From Lama guanicoe (taxonomy: Eukaryota), in contig MU056000.1 of the NCBI GenBank assembly GCA_013239625.1, positions 14,099,787 through 14,163,786 of the forward strand: DNA of 64,000 nucleotides. Direction: 5' to 3'. Position 1 is the first letter of the stretch; each line of letters starts with the position of its first letter. The notes under the pieces are model-generated. The model was not told where the DNA came from and made no database searches. It saw nothing but the letters and a program-made list of their open reading frames with translations. Both the position numbers and the translations under genes were made by a program. Positions 22,766 through 35,875 of the stretch are shown here, one piece after another.

Positions 22766-23358
22766 TGAAGGAGTTCAGAACATGCTGCCCCAAAATACAC
22801 CACTCTGGCATACAGATTAAGTTAAAGGCACTTGAAAAAACATCAGATTCTAGAAGGGCACTCTGACCTTCCTAAAAGTGGGAGATAAAACTTCCACGCA
22901 AGAGATGGCCTCCTTACTCTAGAAAGAAACATTCTTATCACCAAGGATGGGAAGTCAAGACAGAGAAATCTGCACAAAGAAACCTTACTTAACTCCTATT
23001 TTTCTAGTTACTTCTCTACCTGATTAAGTCACTCAAGCCCCTTTGCCTTGTCATTTTTTCGTAACTTACTACTCTTTGTCCACCTCAATGTAGAAGTGTC
23101 TGGATCTTCTGTATGTACAATTGAATCACTTTGCTGTACACCTGAAACTAACACTGTAAATCAACTACACTTCAATAATGTTTTTTTTAAAGTGCCTGGC
23201 TCAAACTGCTTCTTCCAGTTTTAATTTCCTTCAGAGGATCCCACGTCACATAAAACTTATATTAAATAAATGTGTACGCTTTCTTCTTGTTACTTGGTGT
23301 CAATATGGGAGCCCAGTCAAGAACCTAAAAGGTAAAAGATAGTTTTTCTTCCCCTATA
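22766..23358 (+). mobile_element. MER34-family ERV1 solo LTR
   Basis: TGAAGGAGTTCAGAACATGCTGCCCCAAAATACACCACTCTGGCATA…TAAAACTTATATTAAATAAATGTGTACGCTTT…TTTTTCTTCCCCTATA; near 4-bp TSD GTCA/GTAA. Confidence 0.8.
23108..23190 (+). mobile_element. Extremely 5'-truncated L1 3' end nested in the MER34 LTR
   Basis: TGAATCACTTTGCTGTACACCTGAAACTAACACTGTAAATCAACTACACTTCAATAA; TSD-like AAGTGTCTGG / AAGTGCCTGG. Confidence 0.85.
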
Positions 23359-25156
23359 GTAATATTTATCACATGGCATGCATTTCCTTGTCTGCCTTCT
23401 AAAGAAGACTATAACCTCCTGCCAGGTTATAACTTCAGTCTCTATGTCTTGAATGATTAGCATAATCTGGTGCACACGGTCAAGACTCAGTTGAATGAAC
23501 AAACAAAACCAGACTGTGCTTGTATCAGTTTGGAGTGTCCCATTTATTAGTCGTGTGCCCTTCGCCCAATTTTCTTATACATAAAATAGGTTTAATAACC
23601 TCATGAAAGCTCTATAGGAATTAGTCAAAGTTATGGACACAGTCAAGTACCTGATGGCTCAGTTAAAATCTACCACCACTGCTGGAAAAATAAAGTATGT
23701 CTCTAAAAGTAAGAGTAGCATGCTCTTTACATGAACTCTTATGCTACATGCATCACTTGTAATGTATTATTACAATTATTTCCTATGATCCAGATAACAA
23801 CAAAGTATTTTAATTATAATTTGGACTTTATATTTTTTGGAAAGACATTAAAGCTAAATATTAAAAGACAGAGTACTTGCATAATGTCTTGATAATGACT
23901 ATTTAATACTTGTGTGCCTTTTCTTAGAACTCTGGCTTTATATTCATATAATGTATGGTATATGTGTAATTAAAAAAAAAGTTTCCCACATGTTTTGAAA
24001 AATATACATTAAAAAACCAAACATTTTAGAAGGAAACTATGCAAATGTTTCAAATTGATGCATACCCGGAAAGATACTTCATGGTGGGTATAGTAAACCT
24101 ACAATGGAATTGAAAGAATTTACCTTTTCTCTATTTTCTTCAAACATTTCCACAGTTAACTGTCTTCTCTTTCCTTATAAAAAGTAGGAATATGAGTCTC
24201 CCTTTTGGGGAATATTTCAGCTTCTTTAATTAAACGGAAGCTTGTTGGCTTAATTAGAATATAATATATAACATCTTGATTCTTATTTGTAAGAAAATAA
24301 AATGTTAATGTTTTTAGCATACCATATATATGCCAAAATTTCATGTAAAACATGGAGTCACACCAACTCTGAATTAAAACTGTTGCAGAGAGTTTTCTTA
24401 GAAAATATAAATCTATAGGAGCTATAACATTGTTTAACTATGAGATATCACACTTCTGAATTTTAATTAATGAGAAAATGTGATAAAATTTCCCACACAA
24501 GAAAAAGCACGTGTGGTGCTTTTATACGTATACATAACTTTACGTTCAAATGCTACGATACTTAATAGAACTTTGTATTTCTATTCAGGTTCAAATTCAC
24601 CTTCCATCGTCACAATCATCAATTCTTACATCACACTGTAAGCCTACTAGGTGACATTTTTAACCCCAATGTTCAAAATGTAATCTGCATGGTGAAGACA
24701 GTCAAACAGATCCGTACACTGGTGTCACCAGAGATTCATAATCTCCAAACTTGAATGGTTCTCAGGGTTCCTTTATCCTATTGCATGCCATCAACCATAG
24801 TATCTGTACAACTTTTCTAATTATAACCCATCTGTCAATTTTCATAACCTATGCTTAAACTGCTTAACAGATCAAGAGAACATTTTATCATAAGCCATAC
24901 CCCTATAAAACTCTATACCCCACATGCTTAATAATTATAGTAATTTGAACACACAATGCTCACTCACATACCTTTGGGTACTCTAATAACTTAGCCCTTA
25001 AAATTTTTATCCTCACCCTTCAAACACAAGCACAATTGACTCTAAGCCTCCCCAGATTGCAATCCCCACCACCCTACACGAGTCAGGTGCTTACTCTTCT
25101 CCACACACATGACACATTGTAAACAGTATTTTTTTTGTGTACTATAAAATTTTATC

Positions 25157-25749
25157 CAGCACTGTATACAATAGCCAAGACATGAAAGCAACCAAAATGT
25201 CCATCAATAGATGACTGGATAAAGAAGTTGTGGTATATTTCCACAATGGAATACTACTCAGTGATAAAATTGAATAACACAATGCCATTTGCAGCAACAT
25301 GGATGGACCTAGACATCACCATTCTAAGTGAAGTGAGCCAGAAACAGAAAGAAAAATACCATATGATATCACTCATATGTAGAATCTTAAAAAAAAAATG
25401 GAAAAAGAAAAGTAAAAAGAGGACACCAATGAACTCATTTACAAAACAGAAACAGACTCAGAGACATAGTAAATAATCTTCTTGTTATTGGGGGAAAGGG
25501 GATGGGAAGGGATAAATGATAAATTTGAGATTTGCAAATGTTAACCACTACATATAAAAATAGACAAAAAAACAAATTTCCTCTGCATAACATAGGGAAC
25601 TATATTCAATATCTTGTAAAACCTTTAATGAAAAATAATACAAAAATGAATATATGTATATATATGCATGACTGGGACAATATGCTGTGCACTGGAAATT
25701 GACACATTGTAAGTGATTATGCTTCAATAAAAAAACAAAAACAAAAACA
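25157..25749 (+). mobile_element. Lineage-specific L1, 5'-truncated (ORF2 C-terminus + 3'UTR + A tail), inserted in an L2
   Basis: Translates WYISTMEYYS…FAATWMDLDITILSEVSQ (L1 ORF2 end); TSD AAAATTTTATC / GAAACTTTATC. Confidence 0.93.
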
Positions 25750-26504
25750 GAAACTTTATCACATTTTTTTGTTTTCTTAATCTAGAATGTGAACTTCATA
25801 AAAACAAGATGTATATCCTCTGTCATTTCTCAAATACTTGTAGTAGAGAGGGCATGAAGAAATATCCTTTAAATAAATTTCTGAATCATCTAATAATAAA
25901 CATAAACTTAATCTGTTACACAGGTAAAATTAACTGCCTAAATGATCTAAACTACAATTGAGGCTTTCAATGAAAATTGAATTCTGAAATGGTTTGATGA
26001 TACAGTCAATGGTGCCAATATGAACCAAACTACTGTGGATGCAACACTGCAGGCATATCTGCTGCCTCTTTGTTCTGTACACAATAATAATTTTAAAATC
26101 AAATTCCAATATATGAAAGTATTGTACTGCAGTTTTGCAGGATAGCAAGATTTAAAAAATGGAAATGAAGGCAGTCCATAAAGTAACCAGAGACTGATGA
26201 GAGAAATAGAACATATGTAAATAACACAAATTCCACATTGCTATGAACGAATTGTATGCACATTACAATGTATAAGTGCATTCTCATATTCTTCATCATT
26301 TGATTTTCACAGGAACCCTGTGAGGTAACTAGAAAGTGATAATGTATTTTTAAAATGTGTGAATAACACGCAAAAAAGAGTCGAGGTGAAAAACAGCATT
26401 GTCTATATCTGAAAGAGTTAAAGAAGTTTTAGAAAAAGATACCATTTCTTGTGGGTTTCAAGCCATTCACTTAAGAATATTGATTTCAACTATTAAACTC
26501 ACTT

Positions 26505-27022
26505 AATCAGTCACTTAGTTAACATTCAGCAAAGATTTTTTGAGCATCTATTATGGGCCAGTCACTGCTCTAATGCTGGAGATGACTGATTAACTAAGAA
26601 GTAAATGTTTTATTGGTTAATTATTGTATTATTCATAAAAAGTAAATAAATATACAAATAGGTTTTAGGTAAAAATATACACTATGGCAGAAAAACAAAA
26701 TGAAAATACAACAGGGTGTTTTAAAGGCAAATGAATTTAGGGCAATTTGAAATGAGTGGTCAGAAAGAAGGCCTCTCCTGTGGGCCTCATATTTGAGGAG
26801 AGGCCTGAACCAAAAAGACAAATGCAGAGATGAAAGGGAAAATCATTTCAGACTGAGAAAACAGTGGACACCAAGGTCCTTAGTTCAAGATAAGCTTATA
26901 ATGAACGAAAAAATGAAACCCAGCTGTGTTTCAAGGTCATGGAGCTGAGCCTGGGAAGGGGTGAGTGAGCTACAAGATCAGAGACTGACAGAAGTCAGAA
27001 CACCAAGAGCTTTTGAGATATT
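26505..27022 (-). mobile_element. L2, 3' part
   Basis: CATTCAGCAAAGATTTTTTGAGCATCTATTATGGGCCAGTCACTGCTCTAATGCTGGAGAT…GGTCAGAAAGAAGGCCTCTC. Confidence 0.75.
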
Positions 27023-27029
27023 GACATTT

Positions 27030-27491
27030 TTATTATTGCTTTTTTTAATTTTTGAGCTTCCTGAGGCAGTGTAGCCCTGTGGCTAAGAACATGTGGCTTA
27101 TTATTATAAAACATACATATAGGAGCTCTCCCTCTTATCAGATTTTAACTGCATATCACTGTTCCCTATAAATATAATGTACAGATTTCTAGAACTTTCC
27201 ATCTTGCATGGCTGAAATCTTACACCCATTGAACTGCAACTCTCCATTTCCCCTCTTCCCAAACCCCTGGCAACCACCATTCCATCCCCTTTCCAAACCC
27301 TTGGCAACTACCATTCGATTTTTTTTCTTTTGATGAATTTGACTACTTTGAACACTTCACATAAGCAGCATGTGGTAGTTGTCCTGTGATGGGCTTATTT
27401 CAGTTAGTATAATGTCCTCAAGATTCATCCACATTGTAGCATATAACAGGACTGACTCTCTCCCTCTCTCACACACACACACACAAACACA

Positions 27492-27526
<35 letters not shown>

Positions 27527-29577
27527 ATATAAATATAAGAGAGAGAGATATATATATAGAGAGAGATATCACATCTTCTTTGTTCATTCATCCCTTGATC
27601 CTTGATGCACATTTAGGTTGTTTCTACCTCTTGGCTATTGTGAATAATTCTGCAATCAACATGAAAGTGCAGGTATCTCTTTAAGAGCTGTTTGCATTTC
27701 ATTTGGATATATACACCTCAAAGTGGGATTGCTGGATCATACACAATAGTTCTACTTTTAATTTTTTGAGAAACCTCCATACTATTCTCCATAGTGGCTG
27801 CACAATTTTGCATCCCCATCAATGGTTCATGAGGGACCCCTTTCTCCATATCTTGGACAATGCTGGTTATTTCTTGTCATTTTGGCAATAGCCATTAAAA
27901 CAGGTGTGAGATGATATCTCTCTGTGATTTTAATTCGCATTCCTCTGATTGTTAATGATGTTGAACACCTTTTAATGCATCTGTTCGCCATCTGTATGTC
28001 TTCTTTGGGAAAATGTCTATTCAGATCCTCTGCTCATTTTTTAATCATATTTTGATATTTGCTTGAGTTGTATGCATTTTAGTGTACTTTGGATATCAAC
28101 CCCTTATCAAAAATATGACTTGCAAATATTTCCTATCATTCCATAGATTACCTTTGCATTTTGTTGATGGTTTCCTCTCCTGTTCAGAACTTTCAGTTTG
28201 ATGTAGTCCCACTTATTTTTACTTTTATACCTTTATTTGTGGTGTCATATTAAAAAATATCCTTGCCAAGACCAATGTTTTCTTGTAGGAGTTTTGTAGT
28301 TTAAGGTCTTATATTTAAGTCTTTAATCCATTTTCAGTCGAATGTTGTGTATGGTGTGAGACAAAAACCAAATTTCATTCTTTGCAGGTGGATATTCAGC
28401 TTTCCCAGTACAATTTATTAAAGAGACCATCTTTTCTCCATTGTGTATGTTTGGCACTCTTGATGATCAGTTGCGTTTATTTCTGCATTTTCAGTTCTGT
28501 TCCATTGGTTTATATGTCTGTTTTTATGCAACAATTACACTGTTTTGATACGTATTGCTTTTGTAATGTTTTTAAAGCAGGAAGTGTGATATCTCTAGCT
28601 TTGTTCCTCTTTCTGAAGATCGTTTTGGTTATCAGGATCCTTTGGGTTCCACATGAACTTTTAGGATTATTTTTTCATTTATATAAAAAGTGCTACTTGG
28701 ATTTTGGTAGTGATTACATTGAATCTGTAGATTGTTTTGAGTGGTATGGACAGTTTAACACTATCAAGTCTTCCAATGCATGAACATGCCATGTCTTTCC
28801 AGTTTGTGTCTAATTTTCTCTCAGCAGTGTTTTTTTAGTTTTCAGTGCACAAGTCTTTCATCTCTTTGGTTAAATTTATTCCTAAGTATTTTATTACTTG
28901 TGACGCTATTGTAAATGAGATTGCTTTCTTCACATCCTTTCCAGATTGCTCCTTGTTATTGTATGGCAAAGCAACTGATTTTTGTAGGTTGGTTTTATAT
29001 TCTTCAACCGTTGCACTTGTTTATTAGTTCTAATAGTTTTTTTTTTTTTGGTGGAATCTTTAGGTTTTTCTATGTATAAGATCATGTCATCTGTGATTAG
29101 GGATAATGTTACTTTTTCCTTTACAATTTGAGTGCCTTCTTTTTCTTGCCTAGTTGCTCTGACTAGGACTTCCAGTACCATTTTGAACAGACATGATGAG
29201 AGTGGGCATTATTGCTGGTCCTATCAGCATTTCGAGACAGAAGAGACAAAGGCCAGTCTCTTGAGCGGCGCCCTGAATAAAGAATGACACACATATGGTC
29301 CAGTCTCTTCTGTCCTCCTCCAGGGAGAAGCCAAGAGCTTAGAATTTCACCCCAATTGCATGGTGCTGTTCCAGGAGGAGGGATTATGGTAAGTGTGCCA
29401 CAAACTTTCCTACTGATTTTGATATGTCCGGTTTCACACTTGCCTGAGGTGCAGGAGGCTTGTAACTGGTTTCCGAATTTCTCATAATGGAAGATTTTCT
29501 GGGTGCTGTTGATCAGTGTCTACATGGGAAGGAGGAGGATCTGGGCTTCCTATTCTGCCATCGTGCTGCCATCCCTC
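27030..29577 (-). mobile_element. L1 (L1MA9/10-like) with both termini and a large internal deletion
   Basis: 3'UTR and ORF2 from the RT motif (G)CPLS to the C-terminus at 29209->27100 (ORF 28930-29181: VLEVL.RA.RQEKE…LITDDMILY), joined to an L1 5' end GAGGGATGGCAGCACGATGGCAGAATAGGAAGCCCAG (29577->29210); GACATTT on both flanks. Confidence 0.85.
27455..27570. repeat. Compound (CA)n(CT)n…(GA/TA)n microsatellite inside L1
   Basis: Direct inspection. Confidence 0.9.
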
Positions 29578-29579
29578 AG

Positions 29580-30295
29580 GACATTTGGTTTTATACTAAT
29601 TGAAATGAGGAAATACTGGAAAATTCTGAGGTTTGTATAACAATCTGATTTAAAAGAACATTCTAGCACTCATGGGGAGAATGGAATATGGTGAACCAAC
29701 AGGATTAAATAAAGAAAAGTTTTGATGCCTACTTCAGAAGTGCAAGTTAAAGACGATGGTAGCTGAGAATAAGGTACCAGCTTAAGGGGGCTATAGATAG
29801 ATAGATAGTCTTAGCTTATCTATCTATCTACCTATCTATCTATCTATCTGTCTGTCTATCCATCTATCTATATGTTAGACCTTATGATTGTTAGAATAGA
29901 AGATAAAATTCAAAAAATAATTATAAAGGGTAGAGAATAACAAGACAGGAATGAAGACTTGTCTTTAAATTTAGTAAGTGTGTGTCATTTATGAGGCATC
30001 TGAAAGATGTTGATGGGGAAGCCAACTGAACTAGTATGAAGTTCAGTGGAGAGATCAGGACTAAATGTATTATTAGCATAAGAGTTAGCAGGATACTAAG
30101 GTAAGTTAAAGCTGTGAGTTAATAAAGTCATGTTGGAAGAAATCAAAGGCATAGAGCTCAGTACTGGGCATTCAACATTTAGAGTTAAAAGCAGAAGATC
30201 GAAAGCCTATATAAGAAGTAGAAGAAATGTGCAGTGTGGTGGTAGTGGGGATACCACAGAAGCCTAGAATGAGTATTTTAAGGGGGAAAGAATAA
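29580..30295 (-). mobile_element. L2 continuation (same element as 26505-27022)
   Basis: GGACATTTGGTTTTATACT…GAAATACTGGAAAATTCTGAG…GTTCAGTGGAGAGATCAGGACT…CAACATTTAGAG. Confidence 0.7.
29792..29873. repeat. (GATA)n / (TATC)n inverted tetranucleotide microsatellite
   Basis: Direct inspection. Confidence 0.9.
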
Positions 30296-32654
30296 CACAA
30301 CTAATTAAAACAATATATTTATATAAAACCCAGAGACCATCAGCCTACCTTAACATTTAATTTATGTTAATATTTACAGAATGAAGTACAAAAATTAGCA
30401 ATTTAAACATATACTCTACATGCTATATGACTAAATTGTTTTATGATCATTTTCTACTTGAAGATATTAAGACTCACAGCATTGAAATAGCTTGCTTGAA
30501 AGATAAGATTTGAAGCTAGTTATATTTGAGTTTAATGTCTTTCTTTAACACTGAATTTAAATAGACATAGGTTGGAATCATTATGCTTCTGTCTTTTTGC
30601 CATTGGTCCTTGAGATTTGAATTATCTGATATTTCAAAGCTTAAGTTCCCTGGCTGTTGAATGAGTATGATAGTAGTATCTATTCTATAAATTATAGTTA
30701 GTATTATATGAATCAAAAGAAGATAAAGCATTGAGAATACATTCTAATTCATAATAAGCCCCTGAAATGTGTTAGTCAGTAATATCATTTTTGTTACATA
30801 GATACCCCATTTAAGCATTTGACTCTTATTTATTTTTATTAAATGTTACATTTTCTATCCACAAAATTTAAATATAAAGATAAGGAGGGCCTTTTCTTTT
30901 TCATATTTAGTGTACTATCCTAAAATTAAAAAGTAAATGTATGCACTATGATAATCAACTACACATAATGTTTAGGATTAATACAAGTTTTCTCCCACAT
31001 TGTCATTATCTTTATTTCTAAAACGGAAGTCATACATATTCAAGTGTCTTCTAATAGCTTCTGTAAGATAAAGAGCTATGATTTAAATGAGTCTGATTTG
31101 CCTATCCTTGCAAATGAGGGTAAACTCTAGGAACAACCTCTACATAACATAGACGGGTTTTTCTTTTTAATAGTAGAAAAATTTTCTTTTGAGATGTTGA
31201 TTTATAGCAAATAAAAAGGACACAGGGAAATTGCAGAAGAACTTTGTCATCTATTTTATCAGTGTCTCACACCTACAAGAGGAAAATTAACCCTAATATT
31301 TTCAAGGCATTACTAAATTTTGAGGCATTGATAGAATCTGACATATGAAGTACCTATTTTTTGAGGGAGCTTAGAAATTAAAGGGTTTTATTTTTACTAT
31401 CTGAAATCTCAGAGTTTTTATTTGCAATTTGTTGTTCATAGTTCTAGTTATTACAGTTTCCTATATAGGCTATTTTATAGTTTTTAGCAATTAGAAAATT
31501 AAGTAGGTAATATGTTCACATAATAAAATCTTTCAAAAAACTGAATATAAGGAAGGGTCTCCTGATTGTAATAAAGTCCCTGTGGACACTCCAGTTAATT
31601 CTTGTTGGCTACTAAAATACAACTCTGTTGAATCATGGTGAAAACAAAATGACAAAACTGTATAATGTCCTCCAGAGTATTATTAGATAACTTGCTGATA
31701 TGTTTACATGGGGAATTTCCCACATTGTTAATATATAATTGCTATCTTGTGGTCCCATAAAAATAAAGGCTTTTTAACTGATATATCTTTATTGGGAATA
31801 TTTAGAAGGCATTTACATCCATATTCCAAATAATTAAAAAGTATATTCTCTAGGTCTAGATTTTTATCCTGGAAATATTTATTATGATAAAGATTTTATC
31901 ATTTGCTCTTATTATAAAAGTGTTACCTTCTCATGGTAAGAAAATAAATAAATAAAGACAATACAATTGAGTATAAAGGGAAATGAAAAATGCAAAAAAC
32001 CCCTCTTTTTCTTTGCTTGACTCCAAGATCTACTTTCCATACAAAAAAAATTAATGTCTATACACAATCCTGAAGGTAAATCCTATTAATAGCTATAGCA
32101 ACAGAGGATAAGCAAAAGAAGAAAACTGATTTGATATTTTTTACAGTGAGTCACATTAGATTAATGTTTTATAACTGATTTTTCCCTAATAATAAATGCC
32201 TCTGATGTTTACTACAGACCTAACATTTTTAACTACCGCGTATGACACAATTGTAAGAATGTACATTAAATACTTACTGTCTTATTGATGAATAGACACC
32301 ATACCCTTGGAAACCATATGCTCTTTCAAATCTGCAGACAACAATCCCCTTTTGTTTCAAAAGATTAATTTAAAATCTTCAAGTTAAAATCCAGAGAAAA
32401 CCAGGCTTTTAGTTTAGTAGTTGATAGAGTGTTCTATGTTACATCATTTAAAAAAAAAAAAAGCCTGTTTAGGCAATGTGTCTTTATTAGCATGGTTTTG
32501 TACACGGAGATAACTAAGCTCATTGAAGATACAGTTAACAAGGAAAAAAGGGATTGTTCACACTTTTTCACCCACATCAAGTTAACTTTGTATATTATCA
32601 ATGTAGAGAGCAAATCTTCATTACACACCTTGTCCTTAAGAGAGACTGTCTGGA

Positions 32655-32910
32655 TTAGCCAGTTGGTAGTCTTGAAAACAAGGGCTTTGGAGTCAGGCTG
32701 ATCTGAGTTTCAGTCTCAGCTCTGCCTCTCAGTGGTGAACTGGATCAACTAAGCAAGCTAAACTTCCACTAGATTCTCATTCACAGGCTTGAACTGAGCA
32801 TAACAGCAATGCTCATTATGAATGATAAAATTATTACATGAGATCATATCTCCAAGAGCCTGGCATATATAAATCTCTCAGGTGTAATTTATAATAATAT
32901 CATTATCATT
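32655..32910 (+). mobile_element. MIR
   Basis: GGGCTTTGGAGTCAGGCTGATCTGAGTTTCAGTCTCAGCTCTGCCTCT…AAGCAAGCTAAACTTC. Confidence 0.75.
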
Positions 32911-33157
32911 ATTACCAGTAAAACAATGATCATTCTACTGATCCGCTTTGGGGAGGGCAACCTGTTGTGAAACAACTGCCTGTAGTGCTGGACCATGTGG
33001 ATTCACACGTGAGCACAGACATCCAAATAGGGGGGCATGTGTTCCTAAAGTTCTTTTGTTTTACATCTGCTCTAATAGCTGTACTGAAACTCATCTATTT
33101 TCTATTTCTCATTATCTGTCTTAGAATTCGATCTTTTGGCAGTACTCAGTTCACACA

Positions 33158-33352
33158 TGTGAGGAGGGAGGGAGAGAGAACAGCTTTCTGGTGTTTATTT
33201 TTATCAGGACAGTAATCCTATTGAATCACTACCCTTATGACCTCATTTAATCTTAATTACTTCCTTAGAGGACCCAGATCCTAATATAGCCACACTGGAG
33301 GTTAGGGCTTCAACATATGAATTTTGGGAAACACTAACCTTCACTCCTTAAT
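33158..33352 (-). mobile_element. MLT1A-like LTR fragment
   Basis: CCCTTATGACCTCATTTAATCTTAATTACTTCCT…GGTTAGGGCTTCAACATATGAATTTTGGG. Confidence 0.8.
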
Positions 33353-33849
33353 GACATTTAATCCCTAGAGTCTAAATTATATATAAAGGTTTCCAAAGAG
33401 TGTAGGAATGAACCAAACTACTTTCCATGAGCTACATGGAAGGGATCAGAGGCAAGGGACCATGGAAAGAGATCACAGAAGTGGAGTCATTAGTAGTAAA
33501 TCTTAGCCAAAATAAACTTTCAGAGGGTGAGGGTGCACACCCAGGGATAAAACCTTATCTGCAATGAGATCTAGGGTATGGGAGGAAGGTGTCAGTTAAG
33601 TAGAAAAACCCTCCTGGATCCAGAATGGTTCAGTAAAACAGAGGAGGGAAGACTGCACCCAGAATCATGCAAAGAGCAGATTTTCAGAGAGTAATCCACC
33701 TCTGGTGAGAGATGAAGCCTTGAACTGCATAGGCCAACTAATCTTGACAACTATAGAGCTAGCCCCATAAAATGTATTAGGCTGTAATGTGGGAAACCTC
33801 TTTTTTTAACCCATGAAATCTTTTAAAAATAATGTTAAAAAACAATTTG

Positions 33850-34860
33850 TAAAAACTAAAAATGTCTACATGGCATGAACATGATAAGCAAAGGAAGTAA
33901 AGTGCTCAATAATTCCATCCCCCCAAGTTGGGCAAGGCACATAATGGACAGTTCCCAGGGAGAAAATGTAAGAAAACGAAACACAACAAAAACAAAGCCA
34001 ACTTTTAAATCTGTTAAGAGAATCATCAACCTCACTCATAATAAGAGACATGGGAATTAAAACCATAAAACTACATTGACATCCAATTTCTCACTCAATG
34101 AATTGTTAAAACAATCTAAACCCTTTTGGCAAGACTGTGGGAGGAGTTATGCGCTCTGACAGGTTGCTTATGGTTATGTAAAACAGGCCAATTCTTTTGA
34201 GGATAATCATCAATTTCTGTAAAAATGATAAAGCTTATAATTCTTAACTAATACGTTCACTCTAGTAATTTGTACTAGAGATTGTGAAAATATGTCATTC
34301 AAAATTGAAAAGAAGGAATAAAAGGTAGTCAGCATATACTTTTCATGCCATACGAGGGACATTTTGTATAAGATTTAATCATACAACCAGGAAATCATCT
34401 ACGTACCATTTATGCGATGCTCAACACCATGTTAAATGGAAATGTTTTGTTGCAGCAAAAGTTCACCTGTTAACACTTACTTGCTAGTATCTTTTTACAG
34501 ATGACTAGGCTAGAGGGATTATGAGAGGTCTGTGGAATGGAACACTAAGTAATGCCTTATGTATGGATATGCAGAGATGGCCAAGATATATTGTTAAAAG
34601 AAGACAAGCTTCAGAATAGCATATAGGGTGTGATACTAAGTGTTTTTTTAATGATAAAATATGCATTTATAATTACTTCTTAATGTGCAACCATCTTCAA
34701 AAAAACTATATGATAAAATTATGGTTGTCTCCTACATGAAGAAGAGTGGAAACCAGGTCGAGTGTACTGGATAGAAAGAAGACACTTTCTTGTATATATT
34801 TTATTTTTCCCTTTTATATTATTTTAAGCCATAGAAATGCAGTATCTAGAAAAATTTAAT
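33850..34860 (+). mobile_element. Old L1 (L1ME-like) fragments
   Basis: GGGCAAGGCACATAATGGACAGTTC…TCAACCTCACTCATAATAAGAGACATG…CCAAGATATATTGTTAA. Confidence 0.55.
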
Positions 34861-35519
34861 TAATTTTGGAATAATAAGAATGCTTGGTGCCTCCACATCC
34901 TTCTGCTCACCCACCCATGTGTGTAAATAATTTTAAACAAATGACAGTAAATAGAGCATCTGGTGCTTGAGGTAGTATGCAGCTCCCAGCTGTGCATGGT
35001 CCTCAAAACACAATATGTTTTCCAGTAGTAATGTTTTAATAAATACTATCTTTTTTAGCCACAACAGATAAAATTGCATGTTGATTTAATGCAACTAAAA
35101 CAAATAAGAGTTTATCAATTATCATGTAGATTAAGAAGTTGCTATATTTGGGAAGCCAGATTTTTAGAAGGAATATGTGTGTGAGTGTGTGTGTGTGTGT
35201 GTATACATGTATATCTTCCAACTATAACTCATTTGAGATATTTTCAAGGTGGTTTTTAGACAAAGAGAAGAATTTAGGGATAAATGGAGAAGATAAAGTT
35301 ATTCTTTTCTTTATTGAGAGGAACTGCATTTGCTTAGTTAAAGCCAAAAGAATGCTCACAGCAAAAGGCTTCCTAATGATTTGAAGCTTTCACTTTGCTT
35401 TAATAAATTACATGCTAAACAAATTAATAATATTTCTCAGAAGAAGAATGCAATAAAAAATAACTTGAGTCAGTGTGCATGTCTCAGAATTTTGGTACTT
35501 AAATTGTGTTCTATACAGA

Positions 35520-35655
35520 TAGAGTTTCAACTAGGAGCTTAGAAATACAAATCCCCAGGCCCCTTCCAGACCTAGTAAATTTCTGGAGATGGGGCCAGGT
35601 CTCCTTGTTTCATCAAGTGATTCTGATCTTCAGTAATGTTTAAGAAATACTGCCC
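35520..35655. mobile_element. MER5A-like fragment
   Basis: AAATACAAATCCCCAGGCCCCTTCCAGACCTA…CTGGAGATGGGGCC…GTGATTCTGAT. Confidence 0.7.
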
Positions 35656-35875
35656 CCAAATAGTATGCATCTGAAATGATACTGCATTCTACCTATGATG
35701 TTGAAATATCATGAGCGACCTTCCTATGAGAAAATACAACAACGCTGGACACACATGTAAATATGCAGTCATTTCTAATGATGGTAGGTGGTACATCTTC
35801 CCAATATTAGGTAACTGTGAATTATATTGGATTCAAAGTTGGAGTGATAGATGCAAAGGCTATTAAAGGACTGAG

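Larger units (their letters stand above)
22400..23505 (+). mobile_element. L2 3' region interrupted by an LTR
   Basis: CAGAATAGAAT…AACTCT…TTTATGGCTTTTC; resumes at 23359 and ends TAGCATAATCTGGTGCACA…GTTGAATGAACAAAC. Confidence 0.6.

Noticed and set aside
25228..25476. 82-aa ORF WYISTMEYYS…
   Set aside because: C-terminus of L1 ORF2 in a truncated copy, not a host gene.
28382..28783. 133-aa ORF, the longest in the track
   Set aside because: Antisense frame of L1 ORF2; no coding signature.
28930..29181. Reverse-transcriptase-like ORF
   Set aside because: Decayed L1 ORF2 fragment (FADD motif degenerated to ITDD, frameshifted); not an independent RT system.
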